This document shows positions 15,201-24,211 of a DNA stretch of 64,000 bases, in pieces. This stretch comes from Octopus bimaculoides (Eukaryota): positions 158,595,560 through 158,659,559 of the forward strand of contig NC_068981.1 in the NCBI RefSeq assembly GCF_001194135.2, written 5' to 3'. The notes beneath the pieces are model-generated. The model made no database searches. It was not told the DNA's origin and was given only the letters and a program-made list of their open reading frames with translations. The position numbers and the translations under genes are program-made. Within the stretch, counting starts at the first letter, position 1; each line of letters opens with the position of its first letter.

Positions 15201-17911
15201 TCAACCTCAGTGGAATTTGAACTCAGAACGACAGCATTGAATATTGTTGTTACAGTATTGAAATATTGAAATAATTTTAAATTTTCTGTGCTCTGAATTC
15301 AAATTCTCCTGCAGTTAACTTTGCCTTTCATACTTTCAAAGTTGATTAAGAGTCAGTCAGGTACTGGAGTTGATTTTTCTTTCTCTCAAAATTGGCAGTA
15401 CCGAACACGATGGTGTGTTGTAAAAGACATCCAAAGAAAGGCAATGGGTGGAGCGCTTTTGTATTTTCCCCAGGAAGATTTGATGACCAACACCATGTTA
15501 CATGTCACTGCAAGTTGTAAGAACCATGTTCAACCTTTGTGGGTATTTTTAGTTTGAAGAAGTCAATACAATTACTGTTTAGCTTTAACAATAGCTCAAA
15601 TAGATGCTAGACATTACTCCATAAAACAGGTCCAGTAAGTCATTTAAGGACTTTTTTTATAGAATCTCTTTTGCCTCTTTGGTTAAGCAAAATTATATTC
15701 ATAATCATTGATCTATATGACATCAAATGTGGGTGATACTTTGACTCAGTAAGATTATACCCTTAATTCACAGTTAGATATGGATAAAACCAGTAAAGAA
15801 GGAAGAATTTCAAGCAGAAGAAAATTATCAATGTCCAGGTAAACATTTTTTTTTTTTTTTTTTTACTAAGAGATAAGGTGATATAAACTAAATCATTCGC
15901 ATATAAAATTAAACAAAAATTATTGCTTTTTCATCTTGTAGTCTGATCATGCTACCACTACAACACACACACATATATATAACAAAACATCGTTTACATA
16001 AATTCGAATTAAAATATGATAGCTGGCTTTCAAAATTAACTATAGTTCAGACATTGGGAATTGTTTTTATTTGTTGTGGGCAAATCATACTTTTGTTAAT
16101 GAGCAAATCATTGCCTCGCAAAAGAAATACACAGAATTTTAAACTTTGAAACAGACTGAATGACTACAGTGAGAGTACCAACACAGTCAAACAGGAATTG
16201 ATGAGTATGAGGTACGATTGGTTGAAAAGGATATCTTAAATTAACCAATCATATGTTCTTTTTAAAATAGCTTACTGGAGCCCAGTGAACCTATAAAAAA
16301 CTGTAGGTTGAGGCTCTCACATTTAGAGTTGATCTGGTCAGTAAGTATGGCTCAAGTCAACCTTGTTTCTCTCATGCACACATTCCAACATCCCTTACAT
16401 TCTTTCGCTATCATAATGAATTATAACAAGGACTTTCATAAATGATCTGCATACCCTTTGAATGTTGAATTTTAAAATACCAATTGACTGTTACTGTTAA
16501 ATCATTATCATTAGTTTAATGTCCACTTCTCCATGCTTGCATGGATCAGATGGAATTTGTTGTGACAAATTTTCTACAGCCAGATACCCTTCCTGTCCAA
16601 CCCTCACCTGTTTCCAAGTAAGGTAATTATTTTCCCATTACAAAACATGTTTCACAAAAGACCAGAAACATACGATGCTGATGTACAACAATGACACTTG
16701 TTTACAACTATCATGCAATGTCAAGACAAGATAAGACCAACTCACACACAAAAATACAAATATACAACAGGCTTATTTCAGTTTCCATCTACCAAATCCA
16801 CTCACAAGGCTTTTGTCAGCCTGGGGCTGCTTGACATTCAAGGTGCCAAGCAGTGGAACTGAACACTGAACCATATGGTTGTGTAGCAAGCTTAACTACA
16901 GTCATACCTATTAATATAAGTAAAACAAAGTTTTGTGACTGTTAGTGAAATTAAACAATGTTATAAAAAAATGAAAGTAAGACCTTTTTGTCATCAGTTA
17001 CTCGACTGACTGGATAGCAAAAACTCTGTGAAAAACAGCAATCTTTTTCAGTAAAAATTCAGGGAAAGTTAAACATCAAGGGAAATTCTTCTCAGGAATA
17101 ATAAGAGCTTCCATTCTTGGTAACATAAATATTATTATATTTTAATAATGATCTAATGTAATGTAAATAAATAAGTGTTCAGATCTCTTCACTGAGGATA
17201 AGGGATCAATCTCTTATTAACAGCTTTACCTATTTTAAATTGGAACTATTTTCCTGTAACACTGTTTTGTTGCATAATACAGTTCTATATTTAAGAGATG
17301 AGGAATTATGTACATTATTTACAATTGATGGATATTTGTTCTCATCTTGTTTGTTGTTAACACAACGTTTCGGCTGATATACCCTCCAGCCTTCATCAGG
17401 TGTCTTAGGGAAAGTTTGAACCTGAGTTTTCATTCCTTAAGTATTTTCGATGTTGTTATTATCATTATTAAGGTCACTGCCTGGAATCGAACTCAGAATC
17501 TTGGGGTTAGTAGCCCGCACTCTTAACCACTATGCTATATGCCCAGGCATATGGCATAGTGGTTAAGAGCACGAGCTACTAACCCCAAGATTCCAAGTTT
17601 GATTCCAGTCAGTGGCCTGGATAATAATAACATCGAAAAATACCTTAGGAATGAGAACCCAGGTTCGAAATTTCTCCAAGACACCTGAAACGTTGTGTTA
17701 ACAACAAACAAGATGAGGACAAATATCTGTCAATTGTAAATAATGTAAATAATGTTTTGTTGCAGTTTATAAGACAAGTGCAAGACGAGGTAATTTATCT
17801 ACAACTGGACATTCTACCAATTATGTGCTGACCATACAACTGCCAAGCAACAGAGATGAGGATTACTGGATAAACCAAGGGGTCGCTTTGCTTTGTCAAC
17901 TTGATAATTAA
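1..17911 (+). CDS. DNAH3: Axonemal inner-arm dynein heavy chain (DNAH3/7/12 group, best match DNAH3), 3' part: AAA6 and C-terminal domain, 15 exons
   Basis: Spliced exons 1-23, 677-854, 1794-1867, 2809-2895, 4077-4283, 4646-4783, 5321-5581, 6347-6439, 9069-9167, 10386-10568, 12064-12156, 12910-13083, 14561-14671, 15778-15838, 17766-17911 join in frame with GT-AG ends. Motifs: [93 protein letters not shown]-terminus [10 protein letters not shown] matches the DNAH3 ending as I recall it. Family is secure; paralog choice less so. Confidence 0.85.
677..854 (+). CDS. DNAH3: Dynein HC exon (MIPAIQNFI...[18 protein letters not shown])
   Basis: Acceptor caccAG, donor GTAGGT, 178 nt, phase 0 to 1. 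Confidence 0.9.
1249..1588 (+). mobile_element. tRNA-derived SINE with 11-bp TSD
   Basis: A box TGGCTCAGTGG, B box GTTCGAATCCC; TSD ACCTGATAAAA at 1238-1248 and 1589-1599; another copy at 14109-14440(-), partial at 27330-27500(+). Confidence 0.88.
1794..1867 (+). CDS. DNAH3: Dynein HC exon ([25 protein letters not shown])
   Basis: Acceptor tatAG, donor GTATGT, 74 nt, phase 1 to 0. Confidence 0.9.
2809..2895 (+). CDS. DNAH3: Dynein HC exon ([29 protein letters not shown])
   Basis: Acceptor gtcAG, donor GTAAGA, 87 nt. Confidence 0.9.
4077..4283 (+). CDS. DNAH3: Dynein HC exon ([21 protein letters not shown]...[10 protein letters not shown]...SCNKPR)
   Basis: Acceptor tatAG, donor GTGAGT, 207 nt. 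Confidence 0.9.
4532..4572. repeat. (CT)n microsatellite
   Basis: Read directly. Confidence 0.95.
4646..4783 (+). CDS. DNAH3: Dynein HC exon ([46 protein letters not shown])
   Basis: Acceptor ttgcAG, donor GTATTT, 138 nt. Confidence 0.92.
4955..5135 (+). mobile_element. Short SINE (gagttcaaatt...ctttgcctttcatcc family) with (ATT)n tail
   Basis: B-box-like GAGTTCAAATT and shared body; other copies near 10860-11050(-), 15086-15230(-), 15293-15400(+), 23120-23460(-), 23630-24000(-), 31900-32040(-), 42215-42430(-), 63490-63660(+). Confidence 0.75.
5126..5245. repeat. Compound microsatellite (ATT)n-(AGT)n-(AGC)n
   Basis: Read directly; continues the SINE tail. Confidence 0.95.
5321..5581 (+). 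CDS. DNAH3: Dynein HC exon (MLINDY...[11 protein letters not shown]...LPYIPHPE)
   Basis: Acceptor tgtAG, donor GTAAGT, 261 nt. Confidence 0.92.
6161..6250. repeat. (CA)n microsatellite, about 90 bp
   Basis: Read directly. Confidence 0.97.
6347..6439 (+). CDS. DNAH3: Dynein HC exon ([31 protein letters not shown])
   Basis: Acceptor atcAG, donor GTAACA, 93 nt. Confidence 0.92.
7190..7751 (-). mobile_element. 5'-truncated RTE-type LINE 3' end with (GAT)n tail
   Basis: (CAT)n then cgtttaacgtccgctttccatgctagc...ggatgcccttcctaacgccaacc; same family at 10603-10850(-), 30250-30395(+), 34880-35097(+), 38806-39235(-), 45583-45960(-). Confidence 0.8.
7604..7751. repeat. Minisatellite, 23-bp unit GGTCTTCGCAAGCAGAGTTTAGT, about 6.4 copies
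   Basis: Units start at 7604, 7627, 7650, 7673, 7696, 7719. Confidence 0.95.
8030..8620 (-). mobile_element. RTE-clade LINE C-terminal ORF remnant
   Basis: [44 protein letters not shown] on the minus strand. Confidence 0.75.
9069..9167 (+). CDS. DNAH3: Dynein HC exon ([33 protein letters not shown])
   Basis: Acceptor caacAG, donor GTATGG, 99 nt. Confidence 0.9.
10386..10568 (+). CDS. DNAH3: Dynein HC exon ([23 protein letters not shown]...SMIVGK)
   Basis: Acceptor cttcAG, donor GTAGGC, 183 nt. Confidence 0.92.
10603..10850 (-). mobile_element. RTE-type LINE 3' fragment
   Basis: Near-identical to 7205-7450; begins 35 nt after a dynein donor site. Confidence 0.8.
12064..12156 (+). CDS. DNAH3: Dynein HC exon ([31 protein letters not shown])
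   Basis: Acceptor tttAG, donor GTATGT, 93 nt; not in the ORF track. Confidence 0.92.
12910..13083 (+). CDS. DNAH3: Dynein HC exon ([25 protein letters not shown]...EMPSKP)
   Basis: Acceptor tttaAG, donor GTAAGT, 174 nt. Confidence 0.92.
14109..14440 (-). mobile_element. tRNA-derived SINE, same family as 1249-1588
   Basis: Reverse complement aligns along the whole body. Confidence 0.85.
14561..14671 (+). CDS. DNAH3: Dynein HC exon ([18 protein letters not shown]...VLYDLMPI)
   Basis: Acceptor tttcAG, donor GTATCCTT (U12-type), 111 nt. Confidence 0.9.
14672..15777 (+). other. U12-type (minor spliceosome) GT-AG intron
   Basis: 5' site GTATCCTTC; branch motif TACCCTTAAT at 15758-15767, about 11 nt before the AG at 15776-15777; no polypyrimidine tract; flanking exons join as MPI|IWIKP. 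Confidence 0.85.
15086..15230 (-). mobile_element. Truncated short SINE with 15-bp TSD inside the U12 intron
   Basis: ACAGCATTGAATATT at 15071-15085 and 15231-15245. Confidence 0.8.
15778..15838 (+). CDS. DNAH3: Dynein HC exon ([20 protein letters not shown])
   Basis: Acceptor gttAG, donor GTAAAC, 61 nt, phase 0 to 1. Confidence 0.88.
17275..17752. mobile_element. Fold-back element: two head-to-head tRNA-headed units with Penelope-like, hammerhead-bearing tails
   Basis: Inverted arms 17311-17543 and 17546-17747 around atatgcc-ca-ggcatat; 12-bp direct repeat TGTTTTGTTGCA at 17263-17274 and 17753-17764. Confidence 0.85.
17359..17404 (-). ncRNA. Minimal type I hammerhead ribozyme (Penelope-like)
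   Basis: Minus strand GACAC-CUGAUGA-A-GGCUG-gaggguauau-CAGCC-GAA-ACGU-U-GUGUU: stem I GACAC/GUGUU, stem II GGCUG/CAGCC, palindromic ACGU helix III, GUU cleavage triplet. Confidence 0.75.
17766..17911 (+). CDS. DNAH3: Dynein HC last coding exon ([20 protein letters not shown]...[10 protein letters not shown])
   Basis: Acceptor ttgcAG, 146 nt, ends TAA. Confidence 0.93.
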
Positions 17912-20900
17912 CTCGTCAGATATAATGGATTGATGAAACAGTAACAGCATAAACACCACTTTCAGCTCATATCTACACCAACTGAGCAAGAAAAACTCAC
18001 AGAAAGGTAACAAATGACCAAGATAATCCTTCCTAGAATTACAGCATGAAAGGTCCGAAAGGAGAATTACCATATTTACTCATGTATAAATTGCAGCCCT
18101 AATTAATATTAAATCTTCATGCTAAAGGTTTCCCCTTCATAGTTGTAGCTTTTCCCCATGTATAAGTCACACCCAAATTTGCCATTTGAAATCAAGTATA
18201 AAATAGTGCAACTTATGCAAGAGTAAACTGAACAAACACATGAAAATTAAACGCTAACTCCCTAAGCATATACCTTTGTTGAAGTGGTGAATGCCACAAA
18301 ACAGAAATCCAATTTCAATTCCTGCATGGAATTGCTTCACCATCATAATTGTGCATAGGGAAAGTATAAATAACAAAATTTCCTATTAATTCTCAGCTAC
18401 AAATTTGAGATATCAAACTTATAATAATAATAACTTATAAATAAAATTTCATTGCTATTTTCATCCAATGTATATTGTCATCTACTTACAGATATTAATT
18501 CACAATAAAAACCATATTTGATTTGTTTAATCCTTTATCGAGATTCTTTTATCAATAGTTATAGAAATTTTCCCAAAAAGTAATGGATCAGACTAGCTGT
18601 ATTATGATCTGGGATTCAAATTCCACTTCACATACATCATCTGTCTTTATTGAGGAAGCTTTTACATAGATGCCCTATCTGCTAGAAAAAAGAGCCAAAC
18701 ATTCTTTAAAACACACATTACTTCATTTTTTTCATTCTATTACCCCAGTTTTTTTATGCTAACATGGGTTGCATGGATACTTATTGAGATATTGCTTTAT
18801 GACCAAATGCCCTTCCTGTCACTAACCCTAATCTGTTTTTCAAGTAACAGATTTTTCATTCTGCTCGTCTTCAAAAGTACACATTTGTCAATAGGACTAA
18901 AAAAAAGTTTGGATGGTCACAATTGGAATGTCTTAGAACATAGATCTAGTCAATTAGAGCTAATAAAGTTAAATGGTATCAACAACCATACCTCTCATTT
19001 CTCTGGTATTCATATTTAGTATTGGTAATACATTTAAAATCACACATTTCCACTAGAAATATATTTCATAAAACATTCATAGAGACTTTATCCATTGTAT
19101 TTATATGATTAACCTTGGCCATATAAAAGTAACCAAGAGAGGTAAGAGAAAGCTGGAGATGACAAAATTTTTGCAATAGTTGCCACAAGCTTAGTTTACA
19201 TTGATACAAAATATATGTGCACTTCATTTTTAAAGCTCAGGTGAAACAATAGGGTGATACACAAGCACTTAATTATGAGTGTATTACATCTTAAAGCAGA
19301 AACAGTAATAAGCTAATGAAGTTCATGACAATTTTTTTTTATTCCCTTGTCATTTATCTAATTTCTTCCTACTGCTCTGTACTCAACTGACATTTTAGTC
19401 TGAAGCATGTGTATATTTTCTAACACTAAGTTATTAGTATCAATATGCACAAGAGAAATGATAAAATATTCATATTGTTTGCATCAAAAGAATTTAGAAA
19501 CTCCAAGATGTTAAATAAACCATTAACAGTAGAACTCAAAGTAGATAAAACTATATATAAAGTATAAATATTGGATTAAAAAACCCTTGGATGGAAAAAG
19601 TTGAAGGCTGCCTTTGAGGCATGAACTCACATCTTTCGTAAACATGACGGACATTCTACAATTGTAGGAAGCAATCATTCAAATTTCTCCTGTTTTAGAA
19701 GCTTTGTTCCTAGCAGCAAGATTTGTATGTTGTTTACATTTTAGGAATTTAGGAAATTCAAGAGACATGAAACAAATAGTTTTTAACATTGGAACTTGAA
19801 GCAAATCTGGAATCAGTATAAATAGTGGGGTGCAAAAAAAGTCAAAGGCTGCCCATGGAATACAAACCCATATTTTCTCCAAATGTGATTGATATTATAC
19901 ACCTACAGTGTGTATAAGCATATGTGTATACACACACTATATATATATATATATATATAAATAATATATATTTTACAAGCATAATATATATAGGTGCAAA
20001 TGTGGCTGTGATAGGTTTACTTCCCAACCACATGGTTCCAATTTCAGTCCCACTATGTAGCACCATGGACAGGTGCCTTCTACTGTAGCCTCAAGAGATT
20101 TGAACGAATGTGAAAGAAACCCATTGTGTATATATGTGTATGTGCTTGTCCACTATAACTGTTTGACAATTAGTGTTGGTTTGTTTACATCTCTGTAACT
20201 TAGCAGTTCAACAAGAGACTGATAGAATAAGTACCAGGCTTAAAAAAATAAATACTGGGGTCGATTTGTTTGACCTAACCCTTCAAGGTAGTGCCCCAGC
20301 CTGGCCACAGTCCAATGCTAGAAACAAGTAAAAGATAGTATTTGTGTATGGGATAACAAAAAGTCAGTGCATCAGACAATACCTTCTGAAATGGTTTTGC
20401 CCCTCTCACAAGGCCGCTAGAATATCATCTATCAGGATCACATTGGACATTCAACAAATCAAGATAATGCAATTATTAGTTGGGTTATAATCAAATTTTA
20501 AAGAAATATAACAAAGTTAAAAACATAGAAAGGAGGACATAGAAAAAGACAAACAAAAACATGACATGGGCACAACGTAAAGATTCAATGAAAGACAATA
20601 ATAGACCACATCAAGTCAAAGAGGATAAATTCTTTTATATTCACATCTACAATATCGTTGATATAGGTTTATGTACAAGTCAAAATGGTGATGGTAATTG
20701 CATTAGTAATAACAGCAATAGTAACAATTTTAATAGATAATAGTAGTAGAAATAACATTAATAGTAGAAAGAATAGAGTTCCATGAAAACTTCAACACAC
20801 GGCATTAACATACTTTCTAGATAACAGGGAAGATACACCCAGTCTCCCATCTTTCTGCATCATCCTACATTTATTTCTCCTCTTCCATGTTATTTGTAAT

Positions 20901-21399
20901 ACATCTGTGCTCTACAATTCTAGCCATAGATGTTTTATCATCAAATTAAACATTTTATATATAATGAAGTTTAAAGTTTATTTTTAAAGCATGACAGTCA
21001 AATGAAATTTTATATATATATATATATATACACATACACACAATAGTATTGAAAAGAGAGAGAATGCTTCTACACTGCATTTGGTGGATATTGTGGATTA
21101 ACAGTACTACCAATGGCATTTTGCAAGTACTGCACTTAAAAATGCTTGTAGTCATGTCCATATTGGTAGTCTAATCTACCATGGATGCAACAACCAGTGT
21201 TCTTAAGTAGAGAACTTGAAAAATGTGAACTTTCCAAATGAAACCAGTGGTAGTACTGCTAATAAATAAAGCATCTAAAGTATTATAACTACAATGTTGT
21301 TGCAACTACAAAATATTAATATAATCACTAAGTTCAAAAGAAATGAATTCTCAGATCACATCTCAGAATTTTATTCTAACTACATTTAATTAACATTAA

Positions 21400-21615
21400 C
21401 CCTTTAACATTCAGATTACTCTGTCATATGTAATGCTCATTAATTCACATTGTTTTGAATTAATTTTGTATTGTATCATTACGCTGAGATTTCGGTTACA
21501 TGGCTTGACTTTTAGAATGACATTGTGGAGTTGGTGTGAGAAGCTGGATCTGTCCAGTTTGAACAGAAAACAAAGAATATTTAAGTTAGACATAGCCAAT
21601 TTAAATGTTAAAGGG
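21400..21615. mobile_element. piggyBac-type MITE (216 bp)
   Basis: TTAA at 21396-99 and 21616-19; termini CCCTTTAACATT / AATGTTAAAGGG. Confidence 0.8.
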
Positions 21616-24211
21616 TTAAAAGGGACATAGAACAATTTCATATCAATGCAGCTGATAGAATTTTTACTGTCATAATTTTCTTTTAGTGGTTTCAGTCATG
21701 CTTAGGCAAGGTCTTCAAAAGTTTTAGTCAATATCATCATCCCTAGTGCATAGAGGAACATATCCATTCAATGAAATACCAGACTAAGTCTCTTGTAAAG
21801 ATGTAAAAACTATAAGGTATTTACACCCGTATATATAAAGTGCCAGATTGATTCAGGTTCATGGAATTATTAGAGCATCAGATGAGATGCTTGGTGGTAT
21901 TTATTCAGGCCCTCTGTATTCTGGCAGCAACGACTATAATGACACTAGTCAAGCAGGAAAGCCCTTGCCTTCCCATTAACTCTTTAGCCTTCACATAACC
22001 CAGTCAAAAATAATGCTTATTTATTCATTGTTTTCAAATTAATCAGGTGTTCTCTTGTTTTGAGATTTCAATGATATGATTGTTTATTTGGGCCTGATAC
22101 AGCTAGTTTAAATGCTAAGAGGGGGAAACTTGCACGTATGGCAAATTACTCTGTTGAGGCACTTTTCTAGTACAGAACCATGCCATTACAAAATGGAGAG
22201 GTATTAGTCAACTCTAGGTTATAATAGAAGAGACATGCCCAAAGTGTTACGTAGTAGCATTGCACTCAAGAAATGTAGATGCAAAGCAAACTTCTCAAAC
22301 ACATGTTTTTTACTATTATTAAATATTATAGAAGAAAATTCTATTATTAGATCAGAAATTGTTTTTGTTATAAATACATTGTTTATTGATGTAACTACAT
22401 TTATAATAATAAATAAAACTACAATGTATATCTCATTATAACTGTAATAATTATATATCACAGCATCATTAGCACATTATAACAAAAAGTTTATATGTAT
22501 AACGGCAACATATTTATTCAGCATAACAGTAAAAATAAAAAACAATTTAAAAGTGAATGATGGAAGAGAGAGAGAAATATTGTAGAGATGAAGTGTTATT
22601 ACAAACTATTTGGAGTGTTAAAGCACAGCTTCTCACTATCTCCATATATATTCTTCACTAGCCAATATAATAGAAAGACATGAAAATAATTGTTACCATT
22701 CCACAGATTGTCTTGCTAATGTGTTGTTATCAGTATTTTTGTTCTTAGATTTTGTTGAAAAAAAGAAATAGAATGTTTTTTTTTAAAAAGTCCAGCAATC
22801 AATTTTATTTTTAGTAATTATAAATCATCAATGTGAAAAAAATATGAAATATATTGAAAAAAGATTTCTTTTTTTTTTTTAATATATATACATTAGCACA
22901 AAGCCACAGATCTGCAGAAGTGTAGTGTAGTTGACTGAATTAACTCCAGTATATGTACAAATATTTATATTATTAAAGTCTTCTACACCAGAGTTTGAAC
23001 TTGAACGCAGAGACACAAAACTAAATGCATATAAAATTTTACCTTTTCTGTCTCCCTGACTGAAATCTTGTCATGGCTGACTTCCCTCTTCATTTCTGCT
23101 TCACTAAAAAGTTTCTAACACTGGCACAAAGCCAGAAATTTAAGGAGGGCTATAGCTGACTGAATTCCCCCAAAAGGGGATGCAGGGTAAGAATAAATTT
23201 TGGTGAGATTTGAACATAAATGACCATAACTAAACAGAGCAAGGTATTTTTATTCAGTAATAATGATTCAACTTTCTTACATAGATACAAGACCACAAAT
23301 CTGGTGGAGTTAGTCAATGATACTAACTCCAATAATGGATTGATATATTTTATCAATCCCAGAAGAATGAGAGGTAAAGTTAACATTGGTGGGATTTAAA
23401 CTCAGAACATATAGAGCTATTTCAAGGCATTTTGTTTGACGCTCTAACAATTCCACCAATTCACCTCATAACAATAATTTATTATATAAGCACAATTTAT
23501 TATTTAAGCACAAAGCTACAAATTTATAGGGAGGAGGATAAGACAGTTATATCTCTCACAAACAGGAATAAAAACTCAAGTCACAGAATGTGCTGGACAG
23601 CAACTCTATTTTCATAGAGAATACATAATAATAATAACAGTTCCTAACTTAGGCATAAGGCAAGAAATTTCGAGAGGAGTGGGCTAGTTCATATTGTATT
23701 TTATCAACCCTGGAGGGATGAAAGGTACAGTTGATCTCAGTGGGATTTGAACTGTGTGTAAAGAGCTGGAACAAATACTGCAAGGCACTTTTTCCAATGC
23801 TCTAATGATTCTACCAGCCTGACACCCTGAAGACTGTTTCTAAAATAAGCACAAGGCCTGAAATTTGTGAGAAGCAATGGTTAGTCAGTTAAATCAATCA
23901 CAGTATTTGACTGATACTTTATTTTGCCAACCATGGAATACAAAGCTGACATCAGGGAGATTTGAACTCAATAGATGAACAGGCAGAATGAATACCATAA
24001 GGCATATTTGTGCGACACTGCCAATTTCCCATAATAATAATAATAATTTTTGTTTCTAAGTACAAAGCTACGAATTTATAGGGGAGAAGAATGGGATGTT
24101 AAAGCAGTTGTAGTTCTCACAAGAGTATTACCAAGCTAACTGAAGTAAAATTGCTTTAAACGAGAATAAACCAAGTCACAGAATAGATGAGAGGTCAGTA
24201 ATAATAATTTC

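Noticed and set aside
15769-15773. Alternative acceptor CACAG for the U12 intron
   Set aside because: It adds 4 nt and breaks the frame of IWIKP.
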